64,000 nucleotides of DNA from Eledone cirrhosa (Eukaryota). This document shows positions 40,952 to 56,235 of this stretch, piece after piece. A model generated the notes under the pieces. The model was given only the letters and a program-made list of their open reading frames with translations, did no database searches and had not been told where the DNA came from. The position numbers and the translations under genes were made by a program. The stretch is from assembly GCA_964016885.1 (NCBI GenBank), contig OZ024741.1:255626001-255690000 (forward strand). Reading direction: 5' to 3'. Positions within the stretch are counted from its first letter, which is position 1; every line of letters begins with the position of its first letter.

Positions 40952-43900
40952 GTTTCGCTTTACGAGTGTTTCGACTTACGAGTGTTTCGACATACGAGTG
41001 TTTCGACTTACGAATGTTTTTGCTTACGGGTGTTTCGACTTACGAATGTTTTTGCTTACGAGTGTTTCGGTTTACGAGTGTTCCGACTTACGAGTGTTCC
41101 GACTTACGAGTGTTTCGGCTTACGAGTGTTTCCGGCTTACGAGTGTTTCAACTTACGAGTGTTCTGACTTACGAGTGTTCTGATTTACGGATGTTTCGAC
41201 ACACGAGTGTTTCGAATTACGAGTGTTTCGACTTACGAGTGTTTTGACTTACGGGTGTTTTGACATACGAGTGTTTCGATACGAGTGTTTCGACTTACGA
41301 GTGTTCTGACTTACGAGTGTTCTGATTTACGGATGTTTCGACATACGAGTGTTTCGACTTACGAGTGTTTCGACTTATGAGTGTTTCGACTTACGAGTGT
41401 TTCGGATTACGAGTGTTTCGACTTACGAGTGTTTTGACTTACGGTGTTTCGGCTTACGAGTGTTTCGACTTACGAGTGTTTTGACTTACGGGTGTTTTGA
41501 CATACGAGTGTTTCGATACGAGTGTTCTGACTTACGAGTGTTCTGACTTACGAGTGTTCTGACTTACGGGTGTTCTGATTTACGGATGTTTCGACATACG
41601 AGTGTTTCGACTTACGAGTGTTTCGACTTATGAGTGTTTCGACTTACGAGTGTTTCGGCTTACGAGTGTTTCGACTTACGAGTGTTTTGACTTACGGTGT
41701 TTCGGCTTACGAGTGTTTCGACTTACGAGTGTTTTGACTTACGGGTGTTTTGACATACGAGTGTTTCGATACGAGTGTTCTGACTTACGAGTGTTCTGTC
41801 TTACGAGTGTTTTGACTTACGAGTGTTCTGACTTACGGGTGTTTCGACTTACGAGTATTTTTGGCTTACGAGTGTTTCGACTTACGAGTGTTTTGACTTA
41901 CGAGTGTTCTGATTTACGGATGTTTCGACACACGAGTGTTTCGACTTACGAATGTTTCGACTTATGAGTGTTTCGACTTACGAGTGTTTCGGCTTACGAG
42001 TGTTTCGACTTACGAGTGTTTTGACTTACGGTGTTTCGGCTTACGAGTGTTTCGACTTACGAGTGTTTTGACTTACGGGTGTTTTGACATACGAGTGTTT
42101 CGATACGAGTGTTCTGACTTACGAGTGTTCTGACTTACGAGTGTTTTGACTTACGAGTGTTCTGACTTACGAGTGTTCCGACTTACGAGTGTTCCGACTT
42201 ACGAGTGTTTCGGCTTACGAGTGTTTCCGGCTTACGAGTGTTTCGACTTCCGAGTGTTTTGACTTATGGTGTTTCGGCTTACGAGTGATTCGACTTACGA
42301 GTGTTTTGACTTACGGGTGATTTGACTTACGGGTGTTGTGAATTTCGAGTGTTCCGATTTACGAGTGTTTTGACTTACGGTGTTTCGGCTTACGAGTGAT
42401 TCGACTTACGAATGTTTTGACTTACGGGTGTTTCGGCTTGCGAGTGTTTCGACTTACGAGTGTTTCAGCTTATGGGTGTTTCGACTTACTAATGTTTTTA
42501 CTTACGAGTGTTTCGGCGTACGAGTGTTTTGACTTACGAGTGTTTCGACTTACGAGTGTTTCGACTTACGAGTGTTTCGACTTACGAGTGTTTCGGCTTA
42601 CGTGAGTTTCGACTTAAGAGTGTTCTGATTTACGAGTGTTCTGAATTGCGGGTGTTCTGATTTACGAGTGTTCCGACTTACGAGTGTTTCGGCTTATTAG
42701 TGTTTCGACTTACGAGTGTTTCGGCTTACGAGTGTTTCGACTTATGGGTGTTTCGACTTACGAGTGTTTTTACTTACGGTGTTTCGGCTTACGAGTGTTT
42801 CGACATACGAGTGTTTTGACTTACGGGTGTTTCGACTTACGAGTGTTTTGACTTACGAATGTTTTGACTTACGGGTGTTTCGGATTACGAGTGTTTCGAC
42901 TTACGAGTGTTTCGGCTTACGAGTGTTTCGACTTACTAATGTTCTTACGAGTGTTTCGACTTACGGGTGTTTTGACTTACGGGTGTATCGGCTTACGAGT
43001 GTTTTTGGCTTACGAGTGTTTCGACTTACGAGTGTTTTGACTTACGAGTGTTCTGATTTACGGATGTTTCGACTTACGAGTGTTTCGACTTACGAGTGTT
43101 TCGGCTTGTGATTGTTTCGACTTACGAGTGTTTTGACTTACGGTGTTTCAGCTTACGAGTGTTTCGACTTACGAGTGTTTTGACTTACGGGTGTTTTGAC
43201 ATACGAGTGTTTCGATACGAGTGTTCTGACTTACGAGTGTTCTGACTTACGAGTGTTTTGACTTACGAGTGTTCTGACTTACGAGTGTTCCGACTTACGA
43301 GTGTTCCGACTTACGAGTGTTTCGGCTTACGAGTGTTTTGACTTAAGGGTGTTTCGACTTACGAGTGTTTCGATACGAGTGTTTCGACTTACGAGTGTTT
43401 CGGCTTACGAGTGTTTCGACTTACGAGTGTTTCGACTTACGAGTGTTCCGACTTACGGGTGTTTCGACTTACGAGTGTTTTGGCTTACGGTGTTTCGACT
43501 TACGAGTGTTTAGAGTTAAGAGTGTTTTGACTTACGAGTGTTCTGATTTACGAGTGTTCTGACTTACGAGTGTTCTGACTTACGAGTGTTCTGACTTACG
43601 AGTGTTCTGACTTACGAGTGTTCCGACTTTACGAGTGTTTCGGCTCACGAGTGTTTCGGCTTACGAGTGTTTCGACTTACGAGCGCTTCGGCGTATGAGT
43701 GCTTTGACTTACGAGTGTTTCGACTTACGAGTGTTTCGACTTACGAGTGTTTCGAATTACGAGTGTTTCGACTTACGAGTGTTTTGACTTACGAGTGTTT
43801 TGACTTCTGTGTTTCTGCTTACGAGTGTTTCGACTTACGAGTGTTATGACTTACGGGTGTTTTCACATACGAGTGTTTCGACTTACGAGTGTTTTGACTT

Positions 43901-45194
43901 ACGGGTGTTTTGACATACGAGTGTTTCGATACGAGTGTTCTGACTTACGAGTGTTCTGACTTACGAGTGTTCTGACTTACGAGTGTTTCGACATACGAGT
44001 GTTTTGACTTACGGGTGTTTCGACTTACGAGTGTTGTCACTTACGAATGTTTTGACTTACGGGTGTTTCGGCTTACGAGTGTTTCGACTTACGAGTGTTT
44101 CGGCTTACGAGTGTTTCGACTTACTAATATTTTTACTTACGAGTGTTTCGGCGTACGAGAGTTTTGACTTACGCGTGTTTCGACTTACGAGTGTTTCGAC
44201 TTACGAGTATTTTGACTTACGAATGTTTTGACTTACGGGTGTTTCGGCTTACGAGTGTTTCGACTTACGAGTCTTTCGGCTTACGAGTGTTTCGACTTAC
44301 TAATGTTTTTACTTACGAGTGTTTCGGCGTACGAGTGTTTCGACTTCCGAGTGTTTCGACTTACGGGTGTTTTGACTTACGGGTGTATCGGCTTACGAGT
44401 GTTTTGACTTACGAGTGTTTTGACTTAAGGGTGTTTCGACTTACGAGTATTTTTGGCTTACGAGTGTTTCGACTTACGAGTGTTTTGACTTACGAGTGTT
44501 CTGATTTACGGATGTTTCGACATACGAGTGTTTCGACTTACGAGTGTTTCGACTTATGAGTGTTTCGACTTACGAGTGTTTCGACTTACGAGTGTTTCGG
44601 CTTGTGATTGTTTCGACTTACGAGTGTTTTGACTTACGGTGTTTCAGCTTACGAGTGTTTCGACTTACGAGTGTTTTGACTTACGGGTGTTTTGACATAC
44701 GAGTGTTTCGATACGAGTGTTCTGACTTACGAGTGTTCTGACTTACGAGTGTTTTGACTTACGAGTGTTCTGACTTACGAGTGTTCCGACTTACGAGTGT
44801 TCCGACTTACGAGTGTTCCGACTTACGAGTGTTTCGGCTTACGAGTGTTTTGACTTAAGGGTGTTTCGACTTACGAGTGTTTCGATACGAGTGTTTCGAC
44901 TTACGAGTGTTTCGGCTTACGAGTGTTTCGACTTACGAGTGTTTCGACTTACGAGTGTTCCGACTTACGGGTGTTTCGACTTACGAGTGTTTTGGCTTAC
45001 GGTGTTTCGACTTACGAGTGTTTCGAGTTAAGAGTGTTTTGACTTACGAGTGTTCTGATTTACGAGTGTTCTGACTTACGAGTGTTCTGACTTACGAGTG
45101 TTCTGACTTACGAGTGTTCTGACTTACGAGTGTTCCGACTTTACGAGTGTTTCGGCTCACGAGTGTTTCGGCTTACGAGTGTTTCGACTTACGA

Positions 45195-45263
45195 AAATAA
45201 CAAATAGACGCGGTTTCAAATCTCTATGCTTTTCAAATTCATTACATTAATCTTTATTTATAC
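45195..45263 (+). repeat. 69-bp AT-rich element, copy 10 (context A)
   Basis: Matches copy 1. Confidence 0.97.
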
Positions 45264-48200
45264 GTTTCGCTTTACGAGTGTTTCGACTTACGAGTGTTTC
45301 GACATACGAGTGTTTCGACTTACGAATGTTTTTGCTTACGGGTGTTTCGACTTACGAATGTTTTTGCTTACGAGTGTTTCGGTTTACGAGTGTTCCGACT
45401 TACGAGTGTTCCGACTTACGAGTGTTTCGGCTTACGAGTGTTTCCGGCTTACGAGTGTTTCAACTTACGAGTGTTCTGACTTACGAGTGTTCTGATTTAC
45501 GGATGTTTCGACACACGAGTGTTTCGAATTACGAGTGTTTCGACTTACGAGTGTTTTGACTTACGGGTGTTTTGACATACGCGTGTTTCGATACGAGTGT
45601 TTCGACTTACGAGTGTTCTGACTTACGAGTGTTCTGATTTACGGATGTTTCGACATACGAGTGTTTCGACTTACGAGTGTTTCGACTTATGAGTGTTTCG
45701 ACTTACGAGTGTTTCGGATTACGAGTGTTTCGACTTACGAGTGTTTTGACTTACGGTGTTTCGGCTTACGAGTGTTTCGACTTACGAGTGTTTTGACTTA
45801 CGGGTGTTTTGACATACGAGTGTTTCGATACGAGTGTTCTGACTTACGAGTGTTCTGACTTACGAGTGTTTTGACTTACGAGTGTTCCGACTTACGAGTG
45901 TTCCGACTTACGAGTGTTTCGGCTTACGAGTGTTTCGGCTTACGAGTGTTTCCGGCTTACGAGTGTTTCGACTTCCGAGTGTTTTGACTTACGGTGTTTC
46001 GGCTTACGAGTGATTCGACTTACGAGTGTTTTGACTTACGGGTGATTTGACTTACGGGTGTTGTGAATTTCGAGTGTTCCGATTTACGAGTGTTTTGACT
46101 TACGGTGTTTCGGCTTACGAGTGATTCGACTTACGAATGTTTTGACTTACGGGTGTTTCGGCTTGCGAGTGTTTCGACTTACGAGTGTTTCGGCTTATGG
46201 GTGTTTCGACTTACTAATGTTTTTACTTACGAGTGTTTCGGCGTACGAGTGTTTTGACTTACGAGTGTTTCGACTTACGAGTGTTTCGACTTACGAGTGT
46301 TTCGACTTACGAGTGTTTCGGCTTACGTGAGTTTCGACTTAAGAGTGTTCTGATTTACGAGTGTTCTGAATTGCGGGTGTTCTGATTTACGAGTGTTCCG
46401 ACTTACGAGTGTTTCGGCTTATTAGTGTTTCGACTTACGAGTGTTTCGGCTTACGAGTGTTTCGACTTATGGGTGTTTCGACTTACGAGTGTTTTTACTT
46501 ACGGTGTTTCGGCTTACGAGTGTTTCGACATACGAGTGTTTTGACTTACGGGTGTTTCGACTTACGAGTGTTTTGACTTACGAATGTTTTGACTTACGGG
46601 TGTTTCGGATTACGAGTGTTTCGACTTACGAGTGTTTCGGCTTACGAGTGTTTCGACTTACTAATGTTCTTACGAGTGTTTCGACTTACGGGTGTTTTGA
46701 CTTACGGGTGTATCGGCTTACGAGTGTTTTTGGCTTACGAGTGTTTCGACTTACGAGTGTTTTGACTTACGAGTGTTCTGATTTACGGATGTTTCGACTT
46801 ACGAGTGTTTCGACTTACGAGTGTTTCGGCTTGTGATTGTTTCGACTTACGAGTGTTTTGACTTACGGTGTTTCAGCTTACGAGTGTTTCGACTTACGAG
46901 TGTTTTGACTTACGGGTGTTTTGACATACGAGTGTTTCGATACGAGTGTTCTGACTTACGAGTGTTCTGACTTACGAGTGTTTTGACTTACGAGTGTTCT
47001 GACTTACGAGTGTTCCGACTTACGAGTGTTCCGACTTACGAGTGTTTCGGCTTACGAGTGTTTTGACTTAAGGGTGTTTCGACTTACGAGTGTTTCGATA
47101 CGAGTGTTTCGACTTACGAGTGTTTCGGCTTACGAGTGTTTCGACTTACGAGTGTTTCGACTTACGAGTGTTCCGACTTACGGGTGTTTCGACTTACGAG
47201 TGTTTTGGCTTACGGTGTTTCGACTTACGAGTGTTTCGAGTTAAGAGTGTTTTGACTTACGAGTGTTCTGATTTACGAGTGTTCTGACTTACGAGTGTTC
47301 TGACTTACGAGTGTTCTGACTTACGAGTGTTCTGACTTACGAGTCTTCCGACTTTACGAGTGTTTCGGCTCACGAGTGTTTCGGCTTACGAGTGTTTCGA
47401 CTTACGAGCGCTTCGGCGTATGAGTGCTTTGACTTACGAGTGTTTCGACTTACGAGTGTTTCGACTTACGAGTGTTTCGAATTACGAGTGTTTCGACTTA
47501 CGAGTGTTTTGACTTACGAGTGTTTTGACTTCTGTGTTTCTGCTTACGAGTGTTTCGACTTACGAGTGTTATGACTTACGGGTGTTTTCACATACGAGTG
47601 TTTCGACTTACGAGTGTTTTGACTTACGGGTGTTTTGACATACGAGTGTTTCGATACGAGTGTTCTGACTTACGAGTGTTCTGACTTACGAGTGTTCTGA
47701 CTTACGAGTGTTTCGACATACGAGTGTTTTGACTTACGGGTGTTTCGACTTACGAGTGTTTTCACTTACGAATGTTTTGACTTACGGGTGTTTCGGCTTA
47801 CGAGTGTTTCGACTTACGAGTGTTTCGGCTTACGAGTGTTTCGACTTACTAATATTTTTACTTACGAGTGTTTCGGCGTACGAGAGTTTTGACTTACGCG
47901 TGTTTCGACTTACGAGTGTTTCGACTTACGAGTATTTTGACTTACGAATGTTTTGACTTACGGGTGTTTCGGCTTACGAGTGTTTCGACTTACGAGTCTT
48001 TCGGCTTACGAGTGTTTCGACTTACTAATGTTTTTACTTACGAGTGTTTCGGCGTACGAGTGTTTCGACTTCCGAGTGTTTCGACTTACGGGTGTTTTGA
48101 CTTACGGGTGTATCGGCTTACGAGTGTTTTGACTTACGAGTGTTTTGACTTAAGGGTGTTTCGACTTACGAGTATTTTTGGCTTACGAGTGTTTCGACTT

Positions 48201-48919
48201 ACGAGTGTTTTGACTTACGAGTGTTCTGATTTACGGATGTTTCGACATACGAGTGTTTCGACTTACGAGTGTTTCGACTTATGAGTGTTTCGACTTACGA
48301 GTGTTTCGACTTACGAGTGTTTCGGCTTGTGATTGTTTCGACTTACGAGTGTTTTGACTTACGATGTTTCAGCTTACGAGTGTTTCGACTTACGAGTGTT
48401 TTGACTTACGGGTGTTTTGACATACGAGTGTTTCGATACGAGTGTTCTGACTTACGAGTGTTCTGACTTACGAGTGTTTTGACTTACGAGTGTTCTGACT
48501 TACGAGTGTTCCGACTTACGAGTGTTCCGACTTACGAGTGTTCCGACTTACGAGTGTTTCGGCTTACGAGTGTTTTGACTTAAGGGTGTTTCGACTTACG
48601 AGTGTTTCGATACGAGTGTTTCGACTTACGAGTGTTTCGGCTTACGAGTGTTTCGACTTACGAGTGTTTCGACTTACGAGTGTTCCGACTTACGGGTGTT
48701 TCGACTTACGAGTGTTTTGGCTTACGGTGTTTCGACTTACGAGTGTTTCGAGTTAAGAGTGTTTTGACTTACGAGTGTTCTGATTTACGAGTGTTCTGAC
48801 TTACGAGTGTTCTGACTTACGAGTGTTCTGACTTACGAGTGTTCTGACTTACGAGTGTTCCGACTTTACGAGTGTTTCGGCTCACGAGTGTTTCGGCTTA
48901 CGAGTGTTTCGACTTACGA

Positions 48920-48988
48920 AAATAACAAATAGACGCGGTTTCAAATCTCTATGCTTTTCAAATTCATTACATTAATCTTTATTTATAC
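48920..48988 (+). repeat. 69-bp AT-rich element, copy 11 (context A)
   Basis: Matches copy 1. Confidence 0.97.
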
Positions 48989-51687
48989 GTTTCGCTTTAC
49001 GAGTGTTTCGACTTACGAGTGTTTCGACATACGAGTGTTTCGACTTACGAATGTTTTTGCTTACGGGTGTTTCGACTTACGAATGTTTTTGCTTACGAGT
49101 GTTTCGGTTTACGAGTGTTCCGACTTACGAGTGTTCCGACTTACGAGTGTTTCGGCTTACGAGTGTTTCCGGCTTACGAGTGTTTCAACTTACGAGTGTT
49201 CTGACTTACGAGTGTTCTGATTTACGGATGTTTCGACACACGAGTGTTTCGAATTACGAGTGTTTCGACTTACGAGTGTTTTGACTTACGGGTGTTTTGA
49301 CATACGAGTGTTTCGATACGAGTGTTTCGACTTACGAGTGTTCTGACTTACGAGTGTTCTGATTTACGGATGTTTCGACATACGAGTGTTTCGACTTACG
49401 AGTGTTTCGACTTATGAGTGTTTCGACTTACGAGTGTTTCGGATTACGAGTGTTTCGACTTACGAGTGTTTTGACTTACGGTGTTTCGGCTTACGAGTGT
49501 TTCGACTTACGAGTGTTTTGACTTACGGGTGTTTTGACATACGAGTGTTTCGATACGAGTGTTCTGACTTACGAGTGTTCTGACTTACGAGTGTTCTGAC
49601 TTACGGGTGTTCTGATTTACGGATGTTTCGACATACGAGTGTTTCGGCTTACGAGTGTTTCGACTTATGAGTGTTTCGACTTACGAGTGTTTCGGCTTAC
49701 GAGTGTTTCGACTTACGAGTGTTTTGACTTACGGTGTTTCGGCTTACGAGTGTTTCGACTTACGAGTGTTTTGACTTACGGGTGTTTTGACATACGAGTG
49801 TTTCGATACGAGTGTTCTGACTTACGAGTGTTCTGACTTACGAGTGTTTTGACTTACGAGTGTTCTGACTTACGGGTGTTTCGACTTACGAGTATTTTTG
49901 GCTTACGAGTGTTTCGACTTACGAGTGTTTTGACTTACGAGTGTTCTGATTTACGGATGTTTCGACACACGAGTGTTTCGACTTACGAATGTTTCGACTT
50001 ATGAGTGTTTCGACTTACGAGTGTTTCGGCTTACGAGTGTTTCGACTTACGAGTGTTTTGACTTACGGTGTTTCGGCTTACGAGTGTTTCGACTTACGAG
50101 TGTTTTGACTTACGGGTGTTTTGACATACGAGTGTTTCGATACGAGTGTTCTGACTTACGAGTGTTCTGACTTACGAGTGTTTTGACTTACGAGTGTTCT
50201 GACTTACGAGTGTTCCGACTTACGAGTGTTCCGACTTACGAGTGTTTCGGCTTACGAGTGTTTCCGGCTTACGAGTGTTTCGACTTCCGAGTGTTTTGAC
50301 TTACGGTGTTTCGGCTTACGAGTGATTCGACTTACGAGTGTTTTGACTTACGGGTGATTTGACTTACGGGTGTTGTGAATTTCGAGTGTTCCGATTTACG
50401 AGTGTTTTGACTTACGGTGTTTCGGCTTACGAGTGATTCGACTTACGAATGTTTTGACTTACGGGTGTTTCGGCTTGCGAGTGTTTCGACTTACGAGTGT
50501 TTCGGCTTATGGGTGTTTCGACTTACTAATGTTTTTACTTACGAGTGTTTCGGCGTACGAGTGTTTTGACTTACGAGTGTTTCGACTTACGAGTGTTTCG
50601 ACTTACGAGTGTTTCGACTTACGAGTGTTTCGGCTTACGTGAGTTTCGACTTAAGAGTGTTCTGATTTACGAGTGTTCTGAATTGGGGGTGTTCTGATTT
50701 ACGAGTGTTCCGACTTACGAGTGTTTCGGCTTATTAGTGTTTCGACTTACGAGTGTTTCGGCTTACGAGTGTTTCGACTTATGGGTGTTTCGACTTACGA
50801 GTGTTTTTACTTACGGTGTTTCGGCTTACGAGTGTTTCGACATACGAGTGTTTTGACTTACGGGTGTTTCGACTTACGAGTGTTTTGACTTACGAATGTT
50901 TTGACTTACGGGTGTTTAGGATTACGAGTGTTTCGACTTACGAGTGTTTCGGCTTACGAGTGTTTCGACTTACTAATGTTCTTACGAGTGTTTCGACTTA
51001 CGGGTGTTTTGACTTACGGGTGTATCGGCTTACGAGTGTTTTTGGCTTACGAGTGTTTCGACTTACGAGTGTTTTGACTTACGAGTGTTCTGATTTACGG
51101 ATGTTTCGACTTACGAGTGTTTCGACTTACGAGTGTTTCGGTTTGTGATTGTTTCGACTTACGAGTGTTTTGACTTACGGTGTTTCAGCTTACGAGTGTT
51201 TCGACTTACGAGTGTTTTGACTTACGGGTGTTTTGACATACGAGTGTTTTGATACGAGTGTTCTGACTTACGAGTGTTTTGACTTACGAGTGTTCTGACT
51301 TACGAGTGTTCCGACTTACGAGTGTTCCGACTTACGAGTGTTTCGGCTTACGAGTGTTTTGACTTAAGGGTGTTTCGACTTACGAGTGTTTCGATACGAG
51401 TGTTTCGACTTACGAGTGTTTCGGCTTACGAGTGTTTCGACTTACGAGTGTTTCGACTTACGAGTGTTCCGACTTACGGGTGTTTCGACTTACGAGTGTT
51501 TTGGCTTACGGTGTTTCGACTTACGAGTGTTTCGAGTTAAGAGTGTTTTGACTTACGAGTGTTCTGATTTACGAGTGTTCTGACTTACGAGTGTTCTGAC
51601 TTACGAGTGTTCTGACTTACGAGTGTTCCGACTTTACGAGTGTTTCGGCTCACGAGTGTTTCGGCTTACGAGTGTTTCGACTTACGA

Positions 51688-51756
51688 AAATAACAAATAG
51701 ACGCGGTTTCAAATCTCTATGCTTTTCAAATTCATTACATTAATCTTTATTTATAC
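51688..51756 (+). repeat. 69-bp AT-rich element, copy 12 (context A)
   Basis: Matches copy 1. Confidence 0.97.
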
Positions 51757-54700
51757 GTTTCGCTTTACGAGTGTTTCGACTTACGAGTGTTTCGACATAC
51801 GAGTGTTTCGACTTACGAATGTTTTTGCTTACGGGTGTTTCGACTTACGAATGTTTTTGCTTACGAGTGTTTCGGTTTACGAGTGTTCCGACTTACGAGT
51901 GTTCCGACTTACGAGTGTTTCGGCTTACGAGTGTTTCCGGCTTACGAGTGTTTCAACTTACGAGTGTTCTGACTTACAAGTGTTCTGATATACGGATGTT
52001 TCGACACACGAGTGTTTCGAATTACGAGTGTTTCGAATTACGAGTGTTTTGACTTACGGGTGTTTTGACATACGAGTGTTTCGATACGAGTGTTTCGACT
52101 TACGAGTGTTCTGACTTACGAGTGTTCTGATTTACGGATGTTTCGACATACGAGTGTTTCGACTTACGAGTGTTTCGACTTATGAGTGTTTCGACTTACG
52201 AGTGTTTCGGATTACGAGTGTTTCGACTTACGAGTGTTTTGACTTACGGTGTTTCGGCTTACGAGTGTTTCGACTTACGAGTGTTTTGACTTACGGGTGT
52301 TTTGACATACGAGTGTTTCGATACGAGTGTTCTGACTTACGAGTGTTCTGACTTACGAGTGTTCTGACTTACGAGTGTTCTGATTTACGGATGTTTCGAC
52401 ATACGAGTGTTTCGACTTACGAGTGTTTCGACTTATGAGTGTTTCGACTTACGAGTGTTTCGGCTTACGAGTGTTTCGACTTACGAGTGTTTTGACTTAC
52501 GGTGTTTCGGCTTACGAGTGTTTCGACTTACGAGTGTTTTGACTTACGGGTGTTTTGACATACGAGTGTTTCGATACGAGTGTTCTGACTTACGAGTGTT
52601 CTGACTTACGAGTGTTTTGACTTACGAGTGTTCTGACTTACGGGTGTTTCGACTTACGAGTATTTTTGGCTTACGAGTGTTTCGACTTACGAGTGTTTTG
52701 ACTTACGAGTGTTCTGATTTACGGATGTTTCGACACACGAGTGTTTCGACTTACGAATGTTTCGACTTATGAGTGTTTCGACTTACGAGTGTTTCGGCTT
52801 ACGAGTGTTTCGACTTACGAGTGTTTTGACTTACGGTGTTTCGGCTTACGAGTGTTTCGACTTACGAGTGTTTTGACTTACGGGTGTTTTGACATACGAG
52901 TGTTTCGATACGAGTGTTCTGACTTACGAGTGTTCTGACTTACGAGTGTTTTGACTTACGAGTGTTCTGACTTACGAGTGTTCCGACTTACGAGTGTTCC
53001 GACTTACGAGTGTTTCGGCTTACGAGTGTTTCCGGCTTACGAGTGTTTCGACTTCCGAGTGTTTTGACTTACGGTGTTTCGGCTTACGAGTGATTCGACC
53101 TACGAGTGTTTTGACTTACGGGTGATTTGACTTACGGGTGTTGTGAATTTCGAGTGTTCCGATTTACGAGTGTTTTGACTTACGGTGTTTCGGCTTACGA
53201 GTGATTCGACTTACGAATGTTTTGACTTACGGGTGTTTCGGCTTGCGAGTGTTTCGACTTACGAGTGTTTCGGCTCATGGGTGTTTCGACTTACTAATGT
53301 TTTTACTTACGAGTGTTTCGGCGTACGAGTGTTTTGACTTACGAGTGTTTCGACTTACGAGTGTTTCGACTTACGAGTGTTTCGACTTACGAGTGTTTCG
53401 GCTTACGTGAGTTTCGACTTAAGAGTGTTCTGATTTACGAGTGTTCTGACTTGCGGGTGTTCTGATTTACGAGTGTTCCGACTTACGAGTGTTTCGGCTT
53501 ATTAGTGTTTCGACTTACGAGTGTTTCGGCTTACGAGTGTTTCGACTTATGGGTGTTTCGACTTACGAGTGTTTTTACTTACGGTGTTTCGGCTTACGAG
53601 TGTTTCGACATACGAGTGTTTTGACTTACGGGTGTTTCGACTTACGAGTGTTTTGACTTACGAATGTTTTGACTTACGGGTGTTTCGGATTACGAGTGTT
53701 TCGACTTACGAGTGTTTCGGCTTACGAGTGTTTCGACTTACTAATGTTCTTACGAGTGTTTCGGCGAACGAGAGTTTTGACTTACGAGTGTTTCGACTTA
53801 CGAGTGTTTCGACTTACGAGTGTTTTGACTTACGAATGTTTTGACTTACGGGTGTTTCGGCTGACGAGTGTTTCGACTTACGAGTGTTTCGGCTTACGAG
53901 TGTTTCGACTTACTAATGTTCTTACGAGTGTTTCGGCGAACGAGAGTTTTGACTTACGAGTGTTTCGACTTACGAGTGTTTCGACTTACGAGTGTTTCGA
54001 CTTACGGGTGTTTTGACTTACGGGTGTATCGGCTTACGAGTGTTTTTGGCTTACGAGTGTTTCGACTTACGAGTGTTTTGACTTACGAGTGTTCTGATTT
54101 ACGGATGTTTCGACTTACGAGTGTTTCGACTTACGAGTGTTTCGGCTTGTGATTGTTTCGACTTACGAGTGTTTTGACTTACGGTGTTTCAGCTTACGAG
54201 TGTTTCGACTTACGAGTGTTTTGACTTACGGGTGTTTTGACATACGAGTGTTTCGATACGAGTGTTCTGACTTACGAGTGTTCTGACTTACGAGTGTTTT
54301 GACTTACGAGTGTTCTGACTTACGAGTGTTCCGACTTACGAGTGTTCCGACTTACGAGTGTTTCGGCTTACGAGTGTTTTGACTTAAGGGTGTTTCGACT
54401 TACGAGTGTTTCGATACGAGTGTTTCGACTTACGAGTGTTTCGGCTTACGAGTGTTTCGACTTACGAGTGTTTCGACTTACGAGTGTTCCGACTTACGGG
54501 TGTTTCGACTTACGAGTGTTTTGGCTTACGGTGTTTCGACTTACGAGTGTTTCGAGTTAAGAGTGTTTTGACTTACGAGTGTTCTGATTTACGAGTGTTC
54601 TGACTTACGAGTGTTCTGACTTACGAGTGTTCTGACTTACGAGTGTTCTGACTTACGAGTCTTCCGACTTTACGAGTGTTTCGGCTCACGAGTGTTTCGG

Positions 54701-56235
54701 CTTACGAGTGTTTCGACTTACGAGCGCTTCGGCGTATGAGTGCTTTGACTTACGAGTGTTTCGACTTACGAGTGTTTCGACTTACGAGTGTTTCGAATTA
54801 CGAGTGTTTCGACTTACGAGTGTTTTGACTTACGAGTGTTTTGACTTCTGTGTTTCTGCTTACGAGTGTTTCGACTTACGAGTGTTATGACTTACGGGTG
54901 TTTTCACATACGAGTGTTTCGACTTACGAGTGTTTTGACTTACGGGTGTTTTGACATACGAGTGTTTCGATACGAGTGTTCTGACTTACGAGTGTTCTGA
55001 CTTACGAGTGTTCTGACTTACGAGTGTTTCGACATACGAGTGTTTTGACTTACGGGTGTTTCGACTTACGAGTGTTTTCACTTACGAATGTTTTGACTTA
55101 CGGGTGTTTCGGCTTACGAGTGTTTCGACTTACGAGTGTTTCGGCTTACGAGTGTTTCGACTTACTAATATTTTTACTTACGAGTGTTTCGGCGTACGAG
55201 AGTTTTGACTTACGCGTGTTTCGACTTACGAGTGTTTCGACTTACGAGTATTTTGACTTACGAATGTTTTGACTTACGGGTGTTTCGGCTTACGAGTGTT
55301 TCGACTTACGAGTCTTTCGGCTTACGAGTGTTTCGACTTACTAATGTTTTTACTTACGAGTGTTTCGGCGTACGAGTGTTTCGACTTCCGAGTGTTTCGA
55401 CTTACGGGTGTTTTGACTTACGGGTGTATCGGCTTACGAGTGTTTTGACTTACGAGTGTTTTGACTTAAGGGTGTTTCGACTTACGAGTATTTTTGGCTT
55501 ACGAGTGTTTCGACTTACGAGTGTTTTGACTTACGAGTGTTCTGATTTACGGATGTTTCGACATACGAGTGTTTCGACTTACGAGTGTTTCGACTTATGA
55601 GTGTTTCGACTTACGAGTGTTTCGACTTACGAGTGTTTCGGCTTGTGATTGTTTCGACTTACGAGTGTTTTGACTTACGGTGTTTCAGCTTACGAGTGTT
55701 TCGACTTACGAGTGTTTTGACTTACGGGTGTTTTGACATACGAGTGTTTCGATACGAGTGTTCTGACTTACGAGTGTTCTGACTTACGAGTGTTTTGACT
55801 TACGAGTGTTCTGACTTACGAGTGTTCCGACTTACGAGTGTTCCGACTTACGAGTGTTCCGACTTACGAGTGTTTCGGCTTACGAGTGTTTTGACTTAAG
55901 GGTGTTTCGACTTACGAGTGTTTCGATACGAGTGTTTCGACTTACGAGTGTTTCGGCTTACGAGTGTTTCGACTTACGAGTGTTTCGACTTACGAGTGTT
56001 CCGACTTACGGGTGTTTCGACTTACGAGTGTTTTGGCTTACGGTGTTTCGACTTACGAGTGTTTCGAGTTAAGAGTGTTTTGACTTACGAGTGTTCTGAT
56101 TTACGAGTGTTCTGACTTACGAGTGTTCTGACTTACGAGTGTTCTGACTTACGAGTGTTCTGACTTACGAGTGTTCCGACTTTACGAGTGTTTCGGCTCA
56201 CGAGTGTTTCGGCTTACGAGTGTTTCGACTTACGA

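Larger units (their letters stand above)
42125..49575 (+). repeat. Tandem duplication, 3725-bp unit x2 (approximate ends)
   Basis: Constant 3725 offset between ORFs 42396/46121, 42716/46441, 43301/47026, 43667/47392, 44143/47868, 45226/48951 and 45661/49386. Confidence 0.9.
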
